Virus record (IMG/VR): IMGVR_UViG_3300042486_001633
Reading direction: 5' to 3' (one strand)
Source of the DNA: an uncultured virus (IMG/VR IMGVR_UViG_3300042486_001633)
Lineage: Duplodnaviria > Heunggongvirae > Uroviricota > Caudoviricetes
Length of the DNA: 64,000 nucleotides
The notes under the pieces: generated by a model
The model's database searches: none
The model's input: the letters and a program-made list of their open reading frames with translations, nothing else
What the model was told of the DNA's origin: nothing
Translations under genes and position numbers: made by a program
In this document: one piece after another, positions 58,202 through 64,000 of the stretch
Position numbering within the stretch: the first letter of the stretch is position 1
How the letters are laid out: each line of letters opens with the position of its first letter

Positions 58202-60070
58202 CTATTCTGGTTTATTTAAGATTCGCTCTTTTCTAGGTGCAGAGTCAGCTCCAAACCATGCATTTAACGAATCTTTGTATTCTTTATCATTTTTAATCTG
58301 AACGGTTTTGGGATTTCGGATAATTTCTTCATATTCTAAATCCTCTAACGCCGCTAATCCCTTTTTATATTCAATATTCCAAGCGTTAGCTTTATTTTTA
58401 GCGGACCACTTTTCAAACTCGTCATTCGTATAAAAATTTAGTGATTCTTTTCCTTTTTTTGCAACAACCAATGGAGTCATTACTTTATAGATTCTTCCCT
58501 GATCAAAAAGCTCAGGCCAAAAGCGATTAAAGAAATTTATTAGTAGTGCAGCGATAGAATTTCCATCAGGATCAGCATCTGTGTAAATATAAATTCTACC
58601 ATAACGTAATCCCTTTGGTTCTTCACCTAATTTTAAACCTAAAGAAGCCATTAACTGCACAGCTTCATCGTTTTTAATAATTTCAGCGCTCTTCATCTCA
58701 CTAACATTGAGGAATTTTCCTTTTAGTGGAAAGGCTCCTTGTGTTTGAGTATCTCTAAACTTTCGAACTGCAGAAAGTGCAGATAATCCTTCATAAATTC
58801 CTAAAATACAAGGACCACGATCGCCTTTGCGTTGTGCATCAATCAATTTTGGAATTTTCGTCTTGTCTAGAGTACTATTTAGTTTTCGAAGTTCGGCCCT
58901 CTCTTGAGCAAGCGCTTTTTTCTCTACCCAATCTAAAACTGAAGCAACTATTTCTGATTTAAAGACAAGTTTTGCGATTTTATCGCTTACTTCATGTCGA
59001 GTTGCAAAATCTTTAGGTTCAGTAATAAGCTTTTCTTTTGTTTGAGAACTAAATGATGAATTAATTACTGTACAATCAATAAAAATTGACATATAATTAC
59101 GAATATCACTTGGTTTTACCTCAACTTTGTGCTTTTTCTTAATCATTTCACGCAATTGAGCGATCAATTGATTGACAATATATTCAACGTGGGTTCCACC
59201 GTCTTTAGTATGTACTGAATTGACAAAACTTACGTTTGCAAAGCCGTTTTCTGATTTTGCAAAGCCAATTTTCCAATCTTTTGACTCTTCATAAAAGAAT
59301 TCTTGAGTATAAAGCTTGATATATTCTTCGAATGTCTTAAATTTTAAGGTCGAATTAGTGGAAGCACCATCTTTTATTTTAGTAAACTTAACAGTAAGCT
59401 TATTATTACAGGCAGCAACATCTAAGCAGCGTTTAAAGATGATCTGAAACGACTTTTCATCGATTCCACGCATCTTAAATCTTTCTAAATCTGGAATATA
59501 CGTAATTTCAGTAAATCCGCGTTTTGCTGGAGAAACGCTTGCCTTACTGCGTTTGTGCATGTTGTTAGTAAACTCTTGATCGAATCTATTTTTTCCATCG
59601 CAAGTTGAAACTACAAACTTTTTACTGAAAATATTAGTTAGGGTAGAACCTACGCCATTTGTTCCAGCAACAGTACGCTGTTCAGTATCATCAAAATTTG
59701 AACCTGCCTTAAGATTTGAAAAGATCATTTCGGGAATCCACTCTTTGTGGACTGGGTGTTTTTCTACTGGAATTCCACCATTATCCCAAATTGAAATTTC
59801 ACTAGTGTCTAGGTTAAGCGTTACTTTGATCTCATTTAATTTTGAGTTACGACGATGTTCGTCGACTGAGTTTGAAATAATTTCATCAAATAATTTAATA
59901 AAACCGGGGTTATAAGTAATCTCTTCGTTCCAAACTTTTTCACCGTCAAACAAGTATTGATCTCCAGTATGGGGTGAGATTGAACCAATATACATAAATG
60001 GACGGAGCAATACGTGCTCGACGTCCGTTAGTTTTTGGTACTTGTCTTCTATTCCTTTTGTTTTTGCCAT
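58202..60070 (-). CDS. gp39: Type II topoisomerase, gp39+60 / GyrB-like subunit
   Basis: EHVL.RP.MYIG, EI.SNS.DE, GTNG.G, EG.SA, PLKGK.LN, DAD.DG, YKKGL. Confidence 0.95.
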   Translation of the reverse strand: MAKTKGIEDKYQKLTDVEHVLLRPFMYIGSISPHTGDQYLFDGEKVWNEEITYNPGFIKLFDEIISNSVDEHRRNSKLNEIKVTLNLDTSEISIWDNGGIPVEKHPVHKEWIPEMIFSNLKAGSNFDDTEQRTVAGTNGVGSTLTNIFSKKFVVSTCDGKNRFDQEFTNNMHKRSKASVSPAKRGFTEITYIPDLERFKMRGIDEKSFQIIFKRCLDVAACNNKLTVKFTKIKDGASTNSTLKFKTFEEYIKLYTQEFFYEESKDWKIGFAKSENGFANVSFVNSVHTKDGGTHVEYIVNQLIAQLREMIKKKHKVEVKPSDIRNYMSIFIDCTVINSSFSSQTKEKLITEPKDFATRHEVSDKIAKLVFKSEIVASVLDWVEKKALAQERAELRKLNSTLDKTKIPKLIDAQRKGDRGPCILGIYEGLSALSAVRKFRDTQTQGAFPLKGKFLNVSEMKSAEIIKNDEAVQLMASLGLKLGEEPKGLRYGRIYIYTDADPDGNSIAALLINFFNRFWPELFDQGRIYKVMTPLVVAKKGKESLNFYTNDEFEKWSAKNKANAWNIEYKKGLAALEDLEYEEIIRNPKTVQIKNDKEYKDSLNAWFGADSAPRKERILNKPE

Positions 60071-60071
60071 A

Positions 60072-61664
60072 TTACTTTTTAGGTAATTTTTTTACTTTAA
60101 GCGCATCTAAAAAATATTGAGGCACTGTCTTATTATTTAATATTTGGTCGAAGCACTCGTCCAAAATATAAGTCTCTGCCCAGTCCTCGTCATTTCTAAT
60201 AGATCTACCATATGATTGCAAGAGATCGATTAGCGTTTTCCAATTATACCAATCTGGTCTGGTTTCAAGTCTCTTTTTTATTTTTGTACTCACCAAATTC
60301 GGAAAAGGTACTTTTAAAATTACTTGAAAACGAGAATAATCATCTTTTAAGTCAACTCCATTAATCATCGATGGAGATACTAATACAGTTTCTAGCTTAG
60401 AAGTTAAATGTTCAGTTAAACTTTTTTCTCTAGTTTGTGAATCATGAAAAATAAGTCGCTTATCTTTTATTGAACTCTTAATCCAATTGCTGAACTCATA
60501 ATTTGCAGTATGGATAATTCCTTTATGTTCACCGTTTTTTTCTAGAATTTTAGAAATAATTGGAACTGCTCGTGCAAAACTTTCCTTCTTGTTGTAATAG
60601 GACATTTTGCCGAATTTTAGATAAATCACAGGTCGCTTCTCAGCTTCAAAAGGGCAAGGAAGAGCAATATATGCGGACTCTTCGTCTTCGATTCCCATCA
60701 TAAAGGAAATAAGTTCGCGATTTAGGAGAGTACCCGACATTAGGATTACATGGTCATAAGTATCCCAAAACATTTCCTTAAGATAGAGATTTCCCCAAAT
60801 AGGTTCAACTAAGATTCGGGTTTTTCCATATTGATCTAGATCTTTTTCAAAAGTCCAGTTGGTTGCATAGTTTTTATGGTCTTTGATAAATCGATTGTAT
60901 TTACACATTGATTTATCTGCATGATCTGCTTTTTTAATTAAGTCAAGTTTTTTGGCTCGACTTCTGGTTTCCTTTGCATCTTCTAAAAGAGTTGCAGCCT
61001 TCGAATCTAATAGTGGCACAATTACTCTAGCAACATATTCGGAAAGTTCTCGAATTGAAGTAATACTATCGAGATCGCGTTCCATCCAGTTTTGCCAAAT
61101 ATCGAGAGCCTTTAAGCTTCTTTCAGAAAAAGAGGATGCGATAAAATCACAAAATGCCTCTTCAAAAGAATGAGCTTCATCAATAATTAGCAGCTTTGAA
61201 TTGCGTTCTGCCATCATATCTGGAGAATACATTGCATATGAAGTGATGAGATGGAAGTTAGTTAAACTAAGTGGATTTTTAAGAAAGTAACCCTGTGCAA
61301 TTTTATGCGGACATGCTTCACATTTCTTTTCAGTAGATTTATTTAGAATTTGTGCATCGCCGCAACCCATGTTTTGACGGCGACACCAATAGTTGTTTTT
61401 ACCCTTTAGATTTGCTGCAAAACTAAAGTCTCTAACGTATTGATCCTGTAAGAGTTTGGTGTTTGTAATAATATCAACTCTTGCTCTCTTATTAATTTCA
61501 CGTCGATACCAATCTGCGATCATGATGGCCGCATAAGATTTTCCTACTCCAGTTGGGGCATCAATCATTACGAATTTTTTGCCATCTGCAATGGAATCTT
61601 TGGTAAACTGAAGTATTTCTTCCTGCTGTTTTCTAGGAGTGAACTCCAATTTTATTTCTGCCAT
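60072..61664 (-). CDS. DinG/XPD-like SF2 helicase
   Basis: APTGVGKS, KG..NY.C Cys cluster, DEAH, SGT, GVD, K.PFP, Q..GR.IR..D. Confidence 0.9.
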   Translation of the reverse strand: MAEIKLEFTPRKQQEEILQFTKDSIADGKKFVMIDAPTGVGKSYAAIMIADWYRREINKRARVDIITNTKLLQDQYVRDFSFAANLKGKNNYWCRRQNMGCGDAQILNKSTEKKCEACPHKIAQGYFLKNPLSLTNFHLITSYAMYSPDMMAERNSKLLIIDEAHSFEEAFCDFIASSFSERSLKALDIWQNWMERDLDSITSIRELSEYVARVIVPLLDSKAATLLEDAKETRSRAKKLDLIKKADHADKSMCKYNRFIKDHKNYATNWTFEKDLDQYGKTRILVEPIWGNLYLKEMFWDTYDHVILMSGTLLNRELISFMMGIEDEESAYIALPCPFEAEKRPVIYLKFGKMSYYNKKESFARAVPIISKILEKNGEHKGIIHTANYEFSNWIKSSIKDKRLIFHDSQTREKSLTEHLTSKLETVLVSPSMINGVDLKDDYSRFQVILKVPFPNLVSTKIKKRLETRPDWYNWKTLIDLLQSYGRSIRNDEDWAETYILDECFDQILNNKTVPQYFLDALKVKKLPKK

Positions 61665-61706
61665 GTAATATTTACTACGAGAACTCGCAGCAGTTTTAAA
61701 AATTAA

Positions 61707-61979
61707 TTATTTTATAGGATCGGCGTCACGTAAACCATATGACAAGTTAAACCACTGAAACTCACGTTCTACTAGTTTCTTGTTCATCTTAAATGTCTTT
61801 CTGGCCTCGGCAATAAACCACTTTTTCCATTCATCGTGCTGTTCTTTTGTGATAGTATTGTTACTAAACCACTCTTTGTCTTGGGACAACACAGTAGGGT
61901 CAACACCTGCAATCTCAAGCTGCTTGAGGATTGCGACCATTGTAAATTCTTCTCTTTGTGTTCTAGTTGCCATATTCAT
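61707..61979 (-). CDS. Hypothetical protein
   Basis: ORF track. Confidence 0.75.
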   Translation of the reverse strand: MNMATRTQREEFTMVAILKQLEIAGVDPTVLSQDKEWFSNNTITKEQHDEWKKWFIAEARKTFKMNKKLVEREFQWFNLSYGLRDADPIK

Positions 61980-62283
61980 CGTTCCAAGTATTTTTTTTTG
62001 TATTATAATCTATCCAACCCCAAGTTTGTTTCGCTTTCTCTACATCACCATCGTGATATTTGTGTACCCATAACCACTGTTCCCATTCATCATCAGTTCC
62101 TTGCTGTGCTCTGAATCCCCACCATAACCATTCAAATCTATAATATGGTTCTAGTTCACAACGCGGAGAGTCATATTTATCTTTCCATAATAGTTCTCTT
62201 AGGTGACTGTAATGCGGTTTCCATGTGAATGCATAATTTTTATACAAGTAAAATGTCCATTTCGGTTCCTTATATGTTGCCAT
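61963..62283 (-). CDS. Trp-rich hypothetical protein
   Basis: ORF track. Confidence 0.75.
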   Translation of the reverse strand: MATYKEPKWTFYLYKNYAFTWKPHYSHLRELLWKDKYDSPRCELEPYYRFEWLWWGFRAQQGTDDEWEQWLWVHKYHDGDVEKAKQTWGWIDYNTKKNTWNDEYGN

Positions 62284-62695
62284 CTTGATGTTTTATAAAA
62301 TTTTTAAGTAATCCATCGATATTTTCTTTACCGACTGGATTGGCTGACTGTATATTATACAACGGTAAAGTCAATTGGTTAGCAATGCAGTAATCAACTA
62401 ACCATTTTGCGCAATCCATTCCAGTCATCTCTTTCTGCTTTAGTTTCCTAGATTCACGTTTAGACATGCCCTTTTCCCTAGCTTTAAGCGCAACCTCCAT
62501 TCCTAAGTCGTGGTCAAAACAGATTGCATCTGGCAATCCATTGAATTTAATCCAATCCACAAATTCTCGATAGGATTTTACCCAATATGCAGTATAAGGC
62601 TGTTCAATTGGGCTAAATATTAGCCATGACCCACCGTCATTTTCAATGGGAGTAAAAGGATCTCGAATATCGTCTAACCATAGTAATCGTTTCAT
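62270..62695 (-). CDS. Cyclic-phosphate-processing receiver-like domain protein (second copy)
   Basis: WLDD.R.P, FDHDLG, TGMDCAKWL, SANPVG..NI. Confidence 0.8.
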   Translation of the reverse strand: MKRLLWLDDIRDPFTPIENDGGSWLIFSPIEQPYTAYWVKSYREFVDWIKFNGLPDAICFDHDLGMEVALKAREKGMSKRESRKLKQKEMTGMDCAKWLVDYCIANQLTLPLYNIQSANPVGKENIDGLLKNFIKHQDGNI

Positions 62696-62949
62696 ATTAT
62701 AATTTTAGCAAATTTTTTGAAATGTTCAGGTCCATTATTATCAAAATGATCAATAATCTCAAACTCTACTTCTAGTCCTTCATTAGAGGCATACAACTTT
62801 AGTCCATCTATATGACCATTGTCGATTAGAGGATATTGTCCAAAGCAATCTTCAGCAAATTTGGTACCCGGTACAGATGGGTTAGTCATATCATATTTGT
62901 GATACTTTACCACCCAACCATCTATTGTTTTATGTAGTTTTCCCTTCAT
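62692..62949 (-). CDS. Hypothetical protein
   Basis: ORF track. Confidence 0.7.
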   Translation of the reverse strand: MKGKLHKTIDGWVVKYHKYDMTNPSVPGTKFAEDCFGQYPLIDNGHIDGLKLYASNEGLEVEFEIIDHFDNNGPEHFKKFAKIII

Positions 62950-63160
62950 CTTTTATTTCGATTATTGTTTCTAATGTAGATGCTAATAGTTCGGAATAGA
63001 CTTCCTCAAGTTTGTAAGCAAGTCTGAGTTTATTACTTTCGGTTACCTTTTCCAATAACTCAACCTCTTGCTCGGCCAGGATACCCTTGCCTAACCCCCA
63101 GTCTGGAAGTTTTGACTCGTCTTTTGCTTTAACTTTTATTTTTACAATTACTGTATGCAT
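62930..63160 (-). CDS. Hypothetical protein
   Basis: ORF track. Confidence 0.7.
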   Translation of the reverse strand: MHTVIVKIKVKAKDESKLPDWGLGKGILAEQEVELLEKVTESNKLRLAYKLEEVYSELLASTLETIIEIKDEGKTT

Positions 63161-63162
63161 AA

Positions 63163-63945
63163 TTATTTACACTGGGATTGATAATACCAAAAAGTTCGAC
63201 CGTTTTTATCAACAATAGATCGGTCAGATCTGCCATAACACTTAATCCAAGAATTAAATCCATCTGGTGGAACATCGAATGGATTGGACCAGTCTTTAAG
63301 CTGACCTCCTCCAATAAGATAGGCTTCAAATGGAATAGTACTACATAATCTTAGGATTTCTGGATTATTAGTAAGAGCGGTACGAGCCTCCTCGAAGGGA
63401 TCCTGATTTGCCCTGTATAATATTTCAGCACGTAAATAATTTCCTATACCATTGAAATAGCGTTGATCCATGAGCACAAGATGAATTGGCTTGCTAAATG
63501 CTTTTTTACTAAAGGATTGGCAGATATTTTCCTTAAATTGGTCAAATTGGGTAACTGGGCAGGGTCCTCGATTTGGCGACCAGCCTGTGCTCCATTTCCA
63601 TTTGGCAAAACGACGAGCATCTACCAGACATAGTGAATTACCCGAAACCGTTCTAAATTTAAGGTGAGTGTGCTTTGGAGCAGTCCAGCCTTTATATAGA
63701 ACCCAGTGACCAGACATGCCCATTGAGACAGATAGTTGATATTTGTCAATGCCTGAAGTTAGAGTTAAGAGTAGTTCTTTACCTCTAGACTCAGCCGAAA
63801 TATCAAATATCTGTAGTTCAGTCGGCTGGACCAAAGAAAGTCTTTTTGCAACCTCCGGTGAAACACCGATGCTTGTAAAGTCTTCACCGTGACATACATT
63901 GTTGATGTATTCTGACATTATTTTTATCTCTGCTAATTCTGGCAT
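63163..63945 (-). CDS. Fpg/Nei DNA glycosylase, NEIL1-like
   Basis: N-terminal MPE, RGKE, MSG, D.RRF, H2TH DQRYFNGIGNYLRAEILYR, zincless C terminus. Confidence 0.9.
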   Translation of the reverse strand: MPELAEIKIMSEYINNVCHGEDFTSIGVSPEVAKRLSLVQPTELQIFDISAESRGKELLLTLTSGIDKYQLSVSMGMSGHWVLYKGWTAPKHTHLKFRTVSGNSLCLVDARRFAKWKWSTGWSPNRGPCPVTQFDQFKENICQSFSKKAFSKPIHLVLMDQRYFNGIGNYLRAEILYRANQDPFEEARTALTNNPEILRLCSTIPFEAYLIGGGQLKDWSNPFDVPPDGFNSWIKCYGRSDRSIVDKNGRTFWYYQSQCK

Positions 63946-64000
63946 ATTGTTAAAATTGATCTATCTCTAATAAACAATACTAAAAAAATCCTACAACATA

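Noticed and set aside
1..64000. Stop-codon reassignment, tRNA/rRNA genes, or a eukaryotic giant virus origin
   Set aside because: Core genes are intact in code 11 with all three stops used, no cloverleaf or rRNA was recognised by eye, and the portal, gp23 and baseplate genes indicate a tailed phage despite NEIL1-like and GT29-like genes.

Overview
A 64 kb segment of a large, AT-rich, T4-like (myovirus/jumbo) phage genome read in the standard code. The lack of Shine-Dalgarno motifs and the A/T-rich leaders suggest a Bacteroidota host (inference). It encodes portal, neck, head-completion, baseplate, prohead protease-scaffold and major capsid proteins. Replication and repair genes include primase, the C-terminal half of a split family B polymerase, UvsW, a two-subunit type II topoisomerase, a DinG-like helicase and a NEIL1-like glycosylase. 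It also carries PhoH, an IMPDH/GMP reductase and a 10 kb nonulosonic (sialic/KDN-type) sugar synthesis and transfer cluster. The most striking feature is at 9-3769: an integron-like array of 11 attC-like hairpins bounding 10 gene cassettes. Each cassette's two ends are specifically complementary, every ORF is antisense to the attC top strand, and no integrase is visible in the window (the array runs off the left edge). Other signals are two recurring promoter motifs (ATAAATAA late-type; AAAC-N17/18-TATAAT-like), many proteins with T4-like capsid-targeting motifs, and three candidate structured RNAs. All protein calls come from motif recognition by eye, not from database searches.
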